Shown in pieces: positions 48,834 to 59,581 of a stretch of 64,000 nt of DNA. Each line of letters starts with the position of its first letter. Position 1 is the first letter of the stretch. The position numbers and the translations under genes are program-made. This DNA is from an uncultured Acidobacteriota bacterium. GTDB taxonomy: Bacteria > Acidobacteriota > Thermoanaerobaculia > UBA5066. Location: positions 672,001 through 736,000 of the forward strand of contig CAVZYA010000001.1 of assembly GCA_963779415.1 (NCBI GenBank), given 5' to 3'. Under the pieces are notes generated by a model. That model was not told the DNA's origin and did not search any database. It worked only from the letters and a program-made list of their open reading frames with translations.

Positions 48834-51077
48834 TGCAGCGCCCCGGCGTCTTCCTCTGCAGCGGCTGCGGCATCGGCGAAGCCATCAAGCTCGATGGTCT
48901 CGCCGAAGCGGCGGAGCTCGGAAAGATCCCCTGCACGATCCACCCCTGCCTCTGCGCTCCCGAGCCGGTCGCGGCGATGCGCGCCGCCGTGGAGAGCGGC
49001 GAGCTGGACGCGCTCCTCGTGGGAGCCTGTTCGCCGCGCGCCAAAGTCGCCGAGTTCCGCTTCGACCCCGAGAAGGCCGCCGTGGAGCGGGTCGCGCTGA
49101 GAGAGCAGGTGGCCTGGTCACACCCGGCGGGCGCGGATGACACCCAACTGCTGGCCGAGGACCTTCTCCGGATGGGGCACGCACGGCTCCAGAGAATCTC
49201 TCCGCCGAAGCCTTTCGCCGAAAACATCGAACGGACGATCCTGATCGTGGGAGGCGGCGTGGCCGGCCTTTCGGCCGCACAGGCCGCCGCCGGAGCGGGC
49301 CACCCGGTCGTCCTCGTCGAGTCGACCGAGCGGCTGGGAGGGCATCTCGCCGAGGGTAAAGACGTGGTGCCGGAGCGGCCCCCGTACGACGCCCCGCAGC
49401 CGAACCAGGTTTCGGAGCTGATCGGCAAGGTGGCGGCTCATCCGGCCGTCCGGGTCTTCACATCGACCCGGATCCGGGAGATCAACGGGCAGCCCGGTCA
49501 GTTCAAGGTGGAACTCCAGACGCCGGGAGGCGTGGAGGCCTTCACCGCCGGTGCCATCGTTCAGGCGACCGGAGCCCACCCCTACGACGCGAAGAAGCTC
49601 TCCCATCTCGGATACGGCGTCTCGCCGAACGTGGTCACGTCCCACGAGCTGGAGGCGATGCTCAAGGAGGGGAAGCTCCGGCGGCCTTCCGACGGGAAGC
49701 TTCCCGGGAGAATCGTCTTCGTCCAGTGCGCCGGATCTCGCGACCCGGCACACCTTTCCTACTGCTCCGCCGACTGCTGCGGGACCACCCTGAAGCAGGT
49801 CGCGGTGATCGGACGCGACTTTCCGGATGTGGAATGCGCCGTCGTCTACAAGGACATCCGGACCCCCGGAACGCTCGAACATTTCTACCGGTCCGTCCAG
49901 GACCACCCGGGGCGCCTCTTCGCCCGGGGGGAAGTGGAGAAGGTCGAAGGGAACGGCCATCTCACCGTCCGGCTGCGCGAGAGCCTTCTCGGCGACGCCT
50001 GCGACCTCTCGGCCGACCTCGTCGTCCTGGCAGTGGGGATGGTGCCCAACTCCGCCGACGGCGAGGCGATCCGCACACTCCACGACGCCCAGCGGCGAGC
50101 CGAGCGCGGCGAATCGGAGACACAGCGGGAAGAGGCGCGCAAGATTGCGGCCTCTCTCATCCAGCACGAAGGGACGGAGATCCTGAACCTGGGCTACCGC
50201 CAGGGACCGGACCTGCCGGTTCTCGCTTCCTCCTTCAACGACTCCCACTTCATCTGCTTCCCGTACGAGACCCGGAGGACCGGCATCTACGCCGCCGGTG
50301 CGCTGCGGGCTCCGATGGACGCCGCCCAGGCGACCGAGGACGGATGGGGCGCCGCGATGAAAGCGATCCAGGTCATCTCCGCGGCGGAACGGGGCGAGGC
50401 CGTTCACCCGCGATCGGGAGACCTCGGCATTCCCGATTTCTTCATGCAACGGTGCACGCAATGCAAGCGCTGCACCGAGGAGTGCCCGTTCGGAATGCTC
50501 AACGAGGACGAGAAGGGGACGCCCCAGCTCAACCCGCTCCGGTGCCGCCGCTGCGGCATCTGCATGGGCGCCTGTCCCGAGCGGATCATCTCCTTCCCGG
50601 ACTACTCCGTGGACATCGTGGCCAGCATGATCAAGGCGATGAGCGTCCCGGACGAGTCCGAGGAGAAACCCCGGATCGTCGCGCTGATGTGCGAGAACGA
50701 CGCGATCCCCGCCCTCGACGCCGCCGCCGCCATGCGCAAGAGCTGGAACCCGTGGGTGCGCGTCATCCCGATACGCTGCCTCGGCTCGACCAACATCGTC
50801 TGGATCGCCGACGCGCTCTCCCGCGGGATCGACGGCGTCATGCTCGTCGGCTGCAAGTCGGGCGACGACTACCAATGCCACTATGTGCGCGGCTCCCAGC
50901 TCGCCCAGACCCGGCTTACGAACGTGCAGGAGACGCTGACCCGCCTCGCCCTCGAGCCGGAACGGATCAAGGTTGTGGAGCTCTCTCACGACGAATTCGA
51001 CCGCATTCCCGGAGGTCCTCGACGCCTTCTCGAAAACGATCGAGGATCTCGGCCCGAACCCGCTGAAGGGGTTCTGA
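48833..51077 (+). CDS. qmoB: QmoB (HdrA + MvhD-like), frameshifted near 51010
   Basis: GVFLCSGCGIG, LREQVAWSH, CTQCKRCTEECPFG, RCLGS, GCKSGDDYQCH; removing 1 nt gives EVLDAFSKTIEDLGPNPLKGF-stop. Confidence 0.9.
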
Positions 51078-51087
51078 GGGGGGCGCC

Positions 51088-52209
51088 ATGTCGACACTCC
51101 CCGCGATCCTTCCCTCCGCCGAATTCCGGACGGAGCTGGCGCGCCGCGGCGGCGCCACCGCCACCCGCTGTTACCAATGTGCCACCTGCTCGGCGGTCTG
51201 CGAGCTGGCCCCGGACAACGCTCCCTTCCCCCGCCGTCAGATGCTCCTCGTCCAGTGGGGCCTCGAGGCGCAGGTCGCCGCCGATCCCGCCGTCTGGCTC
51301 TGCCACCAGTGCAACGACTGCACCGAGCGATGCCCGCGCGACGCCCGCCCCGGCGACGTTCTTCAGGCGGTCCGGAGCCTGGCCGTCGAAAAGCTCGCCT
51401 TCCCGCCAGCCATGGGACGGCTGGTCGGCCGTGCCGCCACCACGTGGCCGCTCCTCCTGGCGATTCCGATCATCTTCTGGCTTGCCCTTCTCGCCGGCAC
51501 CGGGCACCTCGCCCTTCCCGCCGACTTCCAGGCCTACGAACAGCTCGTCCCGCACGCGTTCATTTACGGGGTCTTCTTCCCCGTGGCCGCGTGGGTCGTC
51601 CTGGCGAGCTGGGTGAGCGGGCGCCGGTTCTGGGCGACCCTGGGAGCCGCCTCGCCGCGCTCCGGCACGTTTCTCGGGAACCTGATTCCCGTTCTCGGCG
51701 AGATCGCGAGTCACAAGCGATTCCGTTCGTGCGGCGCGGCCCGGCCCCGCTTCGCCAGCCATTTCCTCCTCCTCTGGGGCTTCGTCGGCGCGGCGGTCAC
51801 CTCGGGCCTCCTGATCGTCGGCATCTACGTCCAGAAGCTGCCGATGCCGCTCGCCCTCTCGCATCCGTACAAGATCCTGGGCAACCTGTCGGCGGTTCTG
51901 CTGGTCATCGGGGGAACCTGGCTCGTCGTCAACCGCCTCGGACACCGGGCCGCGTCCGGTGCGTCGACGGCCTTCGACACGTACTTTCTCACGATCGTGG
52001 CCCTCGTCATCGTCACCGGCGTCCTGAGCGAGGTGGCCCGCCTCGCCTTCTCGAAGGAGTTCGCTTTCGCCCTCTACATCACCCACCTCGGAGTGGTGCT
52101 CAACCTCTTCCTCACCTTCCCGTACTCAAAATTCGCCCACCTTCTCTACCGCTCCCTCGCAATGGTGCACCAGCGCATGGTCGAAGCGGCAGAACCGACT
52201 CACCTCTGA
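51088..52209 (+). CDS. qmoC: QmoC (HdrC + cytochrome b membrane anchor)
   Basis: CYQCATCSAVC, FPRRQML..QWG, WLCHQCNDCTERCPR, PYSKFAHLLYR. Confidence 0.93.
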   Translation: MSTLPAILPSAEFRTELARRGGATATRCYQCATCSAVCELAPDNAPFPRRQMLLVQWGLEAQVAADPAVWLCHQCNDCTERCPRDARPGDVLQAVRSLAVEKLAFPPAMGRLVGRAATTWPLLLAIPIIFWLALLAGTGHLALPADFQAYEQLVPHAFIYGVFFPVAAWVVLASWVSGRRFWATLGAASPRSGTFLGNLIPVLGEIASHKRFRSCGAARPRFASHFLLLWGFVGAAVTSGLLIVGIYVQKLPMPLALSHPYKILGNLSAVLLVIGGTWLVVNRLGHRAASGASTAFDTYFLTIVALVIVTGVLSEVARLAFSKEFAFALYITHLGVVLNLFLTFPYSKFAHLLYRSLAMVHQRMVEAAEPTHL

Positions 52210-52236
52210 GAGAGCCCAGGAAAGGAGAACGATTCG

Positions 52237-53502
52237 ATGTCAAAACTCGTACCGCCTCATGGAAGCCGGACGCTCAAGCCGCTTCTTCTGGAAGGCAAGG
52301 CGCTGCAGGAGGAGATCCTCAAGGCGCGCACCCTCAAGAAGGTCCCCATGACGAGCCGGGAGACTTCGGACCTCATCATGATGGGGATCGGCGCCTTCAC
52401 GCCCCTCACGGGTTTCATGGGCTACGATGACTGGAAGCGCTGCTGCGACTCGTACCAGCTCCCATCCGCCAAGAACCTCTTCTGGCCCATCCCGATCACG
52501 CTCTCGGCCGAGCCCGCGCTCGCCGACACGATCAAGATCCGTGACGAGGTCGCCCTCTGGGACACCGAGACCGATGCCCTTATGGGCACGATGACGGTGA
52601 CCGAGAAGTACGTCATCGACAAGGAGCACGAGTGCAAGCAGGTGTTCCGGACCGTCGACCCGAAGCACCCCGGGGTCGAGAAGGTGATGGCCCAGGCGCC
52701 GGTCAACCTGGCGGGACCGGTGAAGGTCGTCTCGGAGTCCTACTACCCGGAGATGTTCAAGGGGATCTACCAGCGCCCCGTCGAAGCGCGCAAGGTCTTC
52801 GAGGAGCGCGGCTGGACGACCGTGGCGGCCCTGCAGCTCCGGAACCCGATGCACGGCTCGCACGCCTACCTCGCGTGGATCGCCATCGAGGTCTGCGACG
52901 GCGTCTACATCCACCAGCTCGTCGGCAAGCTCAAGGAGGGGGACATCCCCGCCGAGGTGCGGGTCCGCGCCATCGATGCCCTCGTCAACAAGTATTTCCG
53001 GAAGGAGCGCGTCGTCCAGGGCGGGTATCCGATGGAGATGCGCTACGCGGGGCCGCGTGAGGCGCTGCTTCACGCCGTCTTCCGGCAGAATTACGGCTGC
53101 TCGCACCTGATCGTGGGGCGCGACCACGCCGGGGTGGGGGACTACTACGGTCCGTTCGACGCGCAGAAGATCTTCCACGAGATCCCCTCCGACGCCCTCA
53201 TCCTCAAGCCCCTCCCGCTCGACTGGACCTTCTACTGCTACGAGTGCGGGGCGATGGCATCGATGAAGACCTGTCCCCACGAGAGCAAGGCCGTCATCGA
53301 CGAGAACGGAAAGTACAAGGGGGGCGCGCGCCTGCTCCTCTCCGGCACCCTTCTCCGCAAGCTGATGAGCGAGGGAAAGCCGGTCCCGTCGGAGTTCTCG
53401 AAGCCGGAGGTCATCGCCATTCTGAAGGAGTACTACGACACCCTCGAGCAGAAGGTGGAGATCAAGCTGCACGGCCATGCCACCGGGGAGGCCAAGAAGT
53501 AG
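52237..53502 (+). CDS. sat: Sulfate adenylyltransferase
   Basis: [44 protein letters not shown]. Confidence 0.96.
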   Translation: MSKLVPPHGSRTLKPLLLEGKALQEEILKARTLKKVPMTSRETSDLIMMGIGAFTPLTGFMGYDDWKRCCDSYQLPSAKNLFWPIPITLSAEPALADTIKIRDEVALWDTETDALMGTMTVTEKYVIDKEHECKQVFRTVDPKHPGVEKVMAQAPVNLAGPVKVVSESYYPEMFKGIYQRPVEARKVFEERGWTTVAALQLRNPMHGSHAYLAWIAIEVCDGVYIHQLVGKLKEGDIPAEVRVRAIDALVNKYFRKERVVQGGYPMEMRYAGPREALLHAVFRQNYGCSHLIVGRDHAGVGDYYGPFDAQKIFHEIPSDALILKPLPLDWTFYCYECGAMASMKTCPHESKAVIDENGKYKGGARLLLSGTLLRKLMSEGKPVPSEFSKPEVIAILKEYYDTLEQKVEIKLHGHATGEAKK

Positions 53503-53534
53503 AACCCGTCCAAAGACGGAAAGAGAGGCTGCCC

Positions 53535-54074
53535 GTGAGGCTCGGGGCGCGTTCCCGCTGTGCTCTGCGGATGATGTGGGAGATCAGCCGCCTCGGCGGC
53601 GAGAGCGGCCCCGTGAGCCTTTCTGCCGTGTCTAGGCGGTGCCACATCCCCCGGAACAGCCTCGCTCCGCTGGCGCTCGCTCTGCGGAACCGCGGACTTC
53701 TCGAGGGAGTCCGCGGCAGCCGCGGCGGCTACCGCCTGGGCCGGCCGGTCGGCAAGATCGGCCTCGGAGAGATCATCGAAGCGTCCACCGGTCCCGTCAA
53801 CATCGTCGAATGCGTGGAAGACCCCGCCGCTTGCCTCGGCAGCGACGACTGCAACTGCCGACGGATGTATGCGCTTCTGAACCGCCGCATCAAGGAGGTG
53901 CTGGACAGCGTCACCCTTGGCGACATGCAGGATCCGGCCTGGAATCGGTCCGGAAACGCAACCCGACCGACGGGAGCGGGGGTTGGCACATTCGTTCCTC
54001 CCGACCGGAGCCACCTCAGGAAAGAGTTGAAGACCGGCTCGCTGCGCCTCGCCGCCCATGAGGCCGGGCGTTGA
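53535..54074 (+). CDS. Rrf2-family transcriptional regulator
   Basis: GTG start at 53535; GVRGSRGGYRL, IVECVEDPAACLGSDDCNC Cys cluster. Confidence 0.8.
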   Translation: MRLGARSRCALRMMWEISRLGGESGPVSLSAVSRRCHIPRNSLAPLALALRNRGLLEGVRGSRGGYRLGRPVGKIGLGEIIEASTGPVNIVECVEDPAACLGSDDCNCRRMYALLNRRIKEVLDSVTLGDMQDPAWNRSGNATRPTGAGVGTFVPPDRSHLRKELKTGSLRLAAHEAGR

Positions 54075-54136
54075 CACCGGCTTTCTAACGAGGATTTCCA
54101 CAGGTTGAGTGCCTTGGTGGGTCAAGTGGAGGCCAG

Positions 54137-54532
54137 ATGAGAGAGCGGAGTGCCGTCGTCATCGACGACGAGCCTGACGTCACCACCTATTTCGCGACCC
54201 TGCTTTCAGACCACGGCTGGCGGGTCCGAACGGCCAACGGGGTCGATGATGGGCTCAAGCTCCTGGCTGCCGAGCGCCCCGACGTCGTTCTTCTGGACCT
54301 GATGATGCCGCAGCGGGGCGGCCTCGCGGCCCTCGTCGCCATCCGCAAGGATCCGTCTCTCGCCGGTCTGCCGGTCGTCATCGTGAGCGGAATCCAGGAG
54401 AAGCTCACGTCCGATTACCATGCGTTCCTCGAGAGAGCCAGGAGTCACCGTCCCGACGCGTACCTCGACAAGCCGGTAAAGCCGGTCGAACTGCTCCGGA
54501 CCCTCGACGCGCTGGTGGCCGCGCCCGTGTGA
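54137..54532 (+). CDS. Single-domain response regulator
   Basis: VIDDEPD...LDLMMPQRGG...IVSG...YLDKP. Confidence 0.88.
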   Translation: MRERSAVVIDDEPDVTTYFATLLSDHGWRVRTANGVDDGLKLLAAERPDVVLLDLMMPQRGGLAALVAIRKDPSLAGLPVVIVSGIQEKLTSDYHAFLERARSHRPDAYLDKPVKPVELLRTLDALVAAPV

Positions 54533-54598
54533 GCCGATTCCTCGCAGACTCGCCGCCCCGCCGTCCCGGGGCCGGCGCAAGGGAAGGACGGGGAGCCG

Positions 54599-56104
54599 AT
54601 GCCGATCGTCTTCATCTGTAGCGACCCCTTCGGCGGCGGAGAGAGGCTGGCCCAGAGCCTCGCCGCGAAGCTCGGCTATGCCTACCTGAGCCGCGAGGAC
54701 GTGGTGGCGAAGGCCAACGAGTGCGGGATCCCGGTCGGGAAGCTCGAGGTGGCGATGGTCAAGAAGCCGGCGGTGCGGGAGCGCCTGGCCCGGCTCAAGC
54801 AACGATACCTCGCGGTGGCGACGGACACGATCTGCGAGAAGGCGGCCCAGGGGGATCTCGTCTACTACGGGCGGGCCGGCCATTTTCTCCTTCCGGGCGT
54901 CTCGCACGTCCTCCGCGTCCGGGTGATCCCCGAGCGGACGCAGCGCCTCGACGCCGTCGTCTCGCGGACGAAGCTCTCCCGGGAGAAGGCCGCGTCCTTC
55001 CTCTCCGAGATCGACGAGGACATTCGCGCATGGGTCCACTTCGTCCACGGCGCCGACATGGACGACCTCCGGCGCTACGACTTCGTCGTCAACCTCGAGA
55101 ACATGAGCCTCGAGAACGCCGCCACCGCGCTCTGCGGAATCGCCGATCTGCCCGACTTCCGGCCGACGCCGGTGAGCCGGCGGGCGATGGAGGAGCTCCT
55201 CCTCCAGGCCCGCGCCCGGATCCGGCTCGCTCTCGACGAGCGGACCGCCGAGGCCGACCTGACCGTCCGATCGCACGACGGAGCGGTGACGATCTCCTAC
55301 ATTCCGCAACAGGCCTCTCTCGCGCCGGTGATCCCCGAAGTCCTTCAGGGGCTGCCGGGGTGCCGGGAGATCCGCTGCACGGTCGCCAGCACGAACATCC
55401 TCTGGATACAGGAGGAGTTCCGGCCGGAAGGCGGGGCCCTTCCCCAGATCAGCGAGCTGGCCCGGCGCTGGGGAGCGGCCGTGGAACTGATTCGCTACCG
55501 GCCCGAAGGGGGCGGCGAGGCCTCCCTCCCCCACCCTCCGCCTTCCGCCGGTCCACGGGTGACGTCGGCCGACGGGGGCGTGGAGGACGATGTGGTCGAG
55601 ACGGTCCCACCGGCCGAGCGCGCCTTCCGCGAGACGCTGGAACGGCTCGTCCACGAAGGGCGCTCCGGCGGGGGGCAGACCGTTTCGGGCGGCCCCGACC
55701 GGCTTCTCGCCGCGGTTCATCCCGACATCAACTACAGCCTCGTCGTACTCGGCGAGGTCTTCCTCGACAAGCCGTCGGCGGCCCGGACCCGAATGGGACG
55801 CGATCTGGCCAACTTCCTCGCCGGCAAGCTGAAGTCGCCGGTCATCGGAATCGCCGAACTCTCCGCGAAGCTCCGTATGGGAGCCGGCCAGATCGCCAGG
55901 GTCGCCGCCGCGCTCGTGGCCGTCGCCGTCATCTACGTCCTCGTATTTCAGAACCAGGGGCCGCTCCTCGATCAGCTCGGCGGCGCCTCCCACAAGGCGC
56001 GGCCGTGGGTGGCTCCGCTCATCGTCGCCGTGATCGCGCCGATCGTCGCCGGCCTCTATGGCCTCGTGGCCTCGGCGCTTCTGAAGCTGATCCGGCTGGA
56101 GTAG
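54599..56104 (+). CDS. Cytidylate-kinase-like family protein with extra C-terminal domain and two TM helices
   Basis: IVFICSDPFGGGERLAQSLAAKLGY..LSRE, YYGRAG, YDFVVNL; hydrophobic C-terminus. Confidence 0.75.
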   Translation: MPIVFICSDPFGGGERLAQSLAAKLGYAYLSREDVVAKANECGIPVGKLEVAMVKKPAVRERLARLKQRYLAVATDTICEKAAQGDLVYYGRAGHFLLPGVSHVLRVRVIPERTQRLDAVVSRTKLSREKAASFLSEIDEDIRAWVHFVHGADMDDLRRYDFVVNLENMSLENAATALCGIADLPDFRPTPVSRRAMEELLLQARARIRLALDERTAEADLTVRSHDGAVTISYIPQQASLAPVIPEVLQGLPGCREIRCTVASTNILWIQEEFRPEGGALPQISELARRWGAAVELIRYRPEGGGEASLPHPPPSAGPRVTSADGGVEDDVVETVPPAERAFRETLERLVHEGRSGGGQTVSGGPDRLLAAVHPDINYSLVVLGEVFLDKPSAARTRMGRDLANFLAGKLKSPVIGIAELSAKLRMGAGQIARVAAALVAVAVIYVLVFQNQGPLLDQLGGASHKARPWVAPLIVAVIAPIVAGLYGLVASALLKLIRLE

Positions 56105-56151
56105 GCTTATGTGCGCCCTCTTCTGCTCCGCGCCCCTGAAGGAGAGCTGAA

Positions 56152-57243
56152 ATGCCCCCAGTCTTCGGCGATGTCTTCGTGCCGATCACCTGGACGACCG
56201 CGTTTCTCGTCGTCCTGCTCGGCTTCATCGGCGGCGTCCTCTCCGGTTTCATCGGCAGCGGCGGCGCGTTCTTCATGACGCCGGGGATGATGAATCTCGG
56301 GGTCTCCGGCGTCGTCGCGGTGGGAAGCAACATCACGCACAAGTTCGGCAAGGCGCTCGTCGGAGCCCGGAAACACGCCCAGATGGGCAATGTCGACAAG
56401 CGGCTTGCGATGTACCTGCTCGTCACGGCGCTGATCGGAATCCGGCTGGCCGTCTGGATCAACAGCCTTCTGATCGAGAAGGGCGACAGCCACGGCGCCG
56501 GCAAGAGCGCTGCCGGGGATCTGTACATCAGCGCGGTCTTCATCGGAGTCCTGACCTTCGTCGCGATCTCGATGCTCCGCGACGCGCTCCGGCCGGCCTC
56601 GGAAGGGCAGGGGCCGTCGCGCGCCATCACGGATTTCCTCAGCCGCTTCAACCTGAAACCGATGGTCAAGTTCCCGGTCTCGGACGTGGAGCTGTCGCTC
56701 TGGGTCCTGCTCCCCGTCGGTCTCGCCACCGGCTATCTGGCCGGGACCATCGGGGTGGGCGGATTCGTCGGCGTGCCGGCGATGATCTACGTCTTCGGAA
56801 TCCCGACCGCGGTGGCCGCGGGGACGGAGCTCTACCTCGCGATCTTCATGGGCGCGTTCGGGGCGCTCAGTTACGCGTTCGAGGGGTACGTCGACCTGCG
56901 GCTGACCTGCCTCCTCTTCCTCGGCTCCCTGGTGGGCGTCTACATCGGCGTCTACGGCGTGAAGGTGGTGAGCGAAAGGCTCATCCGCCTCTCGACGGGG
57001 TACATCATCCTGTTCTGTGTCGTCTCGCGCGCGATCGCCGTCCCCGTCTATCTCCGGCAGCTCGGATGGGTCCGGCTCGATCCTGCCTGGGACCTCTGGT
57101 TCAACCGCGGCAGCACGGTCATGCTCTTCGCCGCCGGAATCGGCGGAGCCGGAATGATTCTCTTCCAGGTGGCCAAGGCCCACATCGAGCGGCAGCGGAT
57201 CCACACGACGCTGCTCGTCAGCCCGCCGGCGGTCGAGGGCTAG
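56152..57243 (+). CDS. TSUP/TauE-SafE family sulfur-oxyanion transporter
   Basis: GFIGGVLSGFIGSGGAFFMTP, GYLAGTIGVGGFVGVPAMIY. Confidence 0.88.
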   Translation: MPPVFGDVFVPITWTTAFLVVLLGFIGGVLSGFIGSGGAFFMTPGMMNLGVSGVVAVGSNITHKFGKALVGARKHAQMGNVDKRLAMYLLVTALIGIRLAVWINSLLIEKGDSHGAGKSAAGDLYISAVFIGVLTFVAISMLRDALRPASEGQGPSRAITDFLSRFNLKPMVKFPVSDVELSLWVLLPVGLATGYLAGTIGVGGFVGVPAMIYVFGIPTAVAAGTELYLAIFMGAFGALSYAFEGYVDLRLTCLLFLGSLVGVYIGVYGVKVVSERLIRLSTGYIILFCVVSRAIAVPVYLRQLGWVRLDPAWDLWFNRGSTVMLFAAGIGGAGMILFQVAKAHIERQRIHTTLLVSPPAVEG

Positions 57244-57252
57244 GAGGAGCGG

Positions 57253-57666
57253 ATGGAAGAACGACTCCAGGTTCTCGTCCTGGACGACGAGCCGATCGTC
57301 GGGAAGCGGCTGCAGCCGGCGCTCGCCAAGGTCGGCTGCGACGTCGAGGTGTTCGACGCTCCCCGGCCGGCGCTGGAGAGGATCGGGGAGAAGCGGTTCG
57401 ACGTCGTGGTGACGGACATCCGGATGGAGGAGATCGACGGCATCGAGGTCCTCGAGAAGGTCCTCGCGCGCTGGCCGGAGACCCGCGTCATCATGATCAC
57501 CGGCTACGCGACGGTCGAGGTCGCGCGCGAGGCGATGGCGAAGGGGGCCTTCGACTTCATTGCCAAGCCCTTCAAGCCGCAGGAGCTTCGCGACGTCATC
57601 GCCAAGGCGGCCGAAGCGCTCGGATTCCCCGGCATCGCCCGGGCCGTCGTGACGGATTCCCCGTAA
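57253..57666 (+). CDS. Single-domain response regulator
   Basis: VLDDEPIVG...TDIRM...ITGYA...KPF. Confidence 0.9.
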   Translation: MEERLQVLVLDDEPIVGKRLQPALAKVGCDVEVFDAPRPALERIGEKRFDVVVTDIRMEEIDGIEVLEKVLARWPETRVIMITGYATVEVAREAMAKGAFDFIAKPFKPQELRDVIAKAAEALGFPGIARAVVTDSP

Positions 57667-57676
57667 GGAGGCTGCC

Positions 57677-59241
57677 GTGCCGGAGGAGACGGGAGGCGGA
57701 GCGGCGGCGGCCCCCGACGTGTCCGGCGTCGAGAGGTCCTTCCTCGGGCGGCCGAGCTTCGGCATCCGGGCCCGCCTGATCCTCAGTTTTCTCTCCTTCG
57801 TCGTCTTTGCGGTCGCGGTCACCATCGGGGCCTGGATCCTGCTCGGACGCCTCGAGAGGCGCCTCCGCTTCCTGGAGGCGGGGGACCGGTACACGATGGA
57901 GATCCAGCAGACGAGGCGGTTCGAGAAGAACTACTTTCTGTACGGCACGAACCTCTCGGACGTGCAGGACCACCTCGGGGAGCGCGCGGCGACTTCTCAC
58001 GGCCGCCGAGCCGGACGCCACGCGAGTTCTGACCGAGGACCGAGCTCACGCGCATGCGGGCCCACCTGGACCGCTACGAGTCGCTGATCGCCCGCCTTCT
58101 CTCCTTTCAGAGCGAAAAGGTCTCCGCGGACCCGGTGGAAAAGACGGCCATCGAGACGGAGCTCCGGGACCACGGCTCGCAGATGGTCGCTTTCGCCCTT
58201 GAGCTGGCCGACAAGGAGCGGAGCAGCGTCAACGCCACGCTCGAGCTATTCAAGCTTCTTCCCGTGGTCTTCCTCGCGTTCCTGCTCGTCTTCTCTGTCT
58301 TCGTGGCCAATTTCCTCGCCCGCCAGATCGTCGGGCCGCTCTCCCGGCTCGGGGCCACCACGCAGCGGATCGCCGGCGGGGACTTCACGCCCCTCACGCC
58401 CCGTCGCTGGTACCGCGACGAGTTCTCCAACTTCGCCCTCGCCCTCAATACGATGATGCGCGAGCTGGCCCACCGCCAGGAGGTGCTCGTGCAGTCGCAC
58501 AAGCTTTCCGCCATCGGGACGCTGACTTCCGGTGTGGCGCACGAGCTGAACAACCCGATCAACAACATCATGCTGACGGCCGAGTTGCTGAAGGAGGACT
58601 ACCCGACGCTCGGCGACGGCGAGCGGCTGGACATGGTCAACGACCTCGTGGAGCAGGCCGGGCGGGCGCGGAAGATCGTCCGCAACCTGCTCGACTTCGC
58701 CCGGGAGAGCGAGATCAAGACCGAGAAGCTGGACCTGGCCGAGGTGCTCCGGGGGGCGACCGGCCTCGCGTCAAACCAGATCCGCCTCTCCGGAGCACGG
58801 ATCACCCTCGACATGGCCCCCAACCTCCCCGCCATCCACGGCGATGGACCGTCTCTCGTTCAGGTCTTCGTCAACCTGCTGCTGAATGCCGTCGACGCCG
58901 TGGGGAAGGGGGGCCGGGTCCGGATCGCGGCCGAGAGCAAACACGACCCGGGCTGGATTCGGGTGACGGTGACCGACGACGGGCACGGCATTCCGGCCCA
59001 CGCCCTCCCCTACGTTTTCGACCCGTTCTTCACGACCAAGCCGAGAGGGAAGGGAACGGGGCTCGGCCTCTCGGTGAGCCTCGGCATCGTGCGCCAGCAC
59101 GGCGGCGACATTCGCGTCGAGAGCGAGCCGGGAAAGGGAACCACGGTGACCGTTCTTCTGCCCGCGGCGATGATCCCGGGGCTCCCCGAAGGCGAATCGC
59201 TCGCCGCTACGCCCGTTTCGAGGACTTCGTCACCAGCTTGA
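57677..59241 (+). CDS. HAMP histidine kinase, frameshifted at about 57980 and 58040
   Basis: N-half with TM and RRFEKNYFLYG; C-half with SGVAHELNNP, NLLLNA, GTGLGL; halves are in different frames. Confidence 0.82.
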
Positions 59242-59581
59242 CGATGTCCTGGATCTTGAATGGCTTGGGGACGAATTGAAAGGCCCCGAGCGCGTCGGCC
59301 TCGTGGCTGGTCTCGATAGTGGCGTAGCCGGTGATCACGATGACCTGCGTTCCGGGAGCGTTCTCCTTTACGAAGCGGAGGACGTCCATTCCGCTCGGTC
59401 CCCGCATCTTCACGTCCGTCACGAGGACGGCGAACGTCTTCTCCTTCAGCCTCTCGAGGGCCGCGCTCGAATCGGTGAAGACCTCGACGTTGAAGCCGTC
59501 CTTCTCGAGAGCCGGCCGAAGGCGGTCTCCGACGATCGGTTCGTCGTCCAGGACCATGACATCCTTTTTTTCAGCCATCAT
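59207..59581 (-). CDS. Single-domain response regulator
   Basis: VLDDEPIVG...TDVKM...ITGYA...KPF; paralog of 57253..57666. Confidence 0.9.
   Translation of the reverse strand: MMAEKKDVMVLDDEPIVGDRLRPALEKDGFNVEVFTDSSAALERLKEKTFAVLVTDVKMRGPSGMDVLRFVKENAPGTQVIVITGYATIETSHEADALGAFQFVPKPFKIQDIVKLVTKSSKRA

Noticed and set aside
48323-51616. 1097-aa ORF suggesting an extended QmoB overlapping qmoC
   Set aside because: True start is 48833, and the C-terminal run-on comes from a 1-nt insertion near 51010
53984-53998. TGGCAC-ATTCG-TTCC as a sigma54 promoter for the RR-CMK-TauE operon
   Set aside because: -12 element is CC instead of GC, it lies within the rrf2 frame, and no GTAAC motif was seen upstream; kept only as a weak possibility
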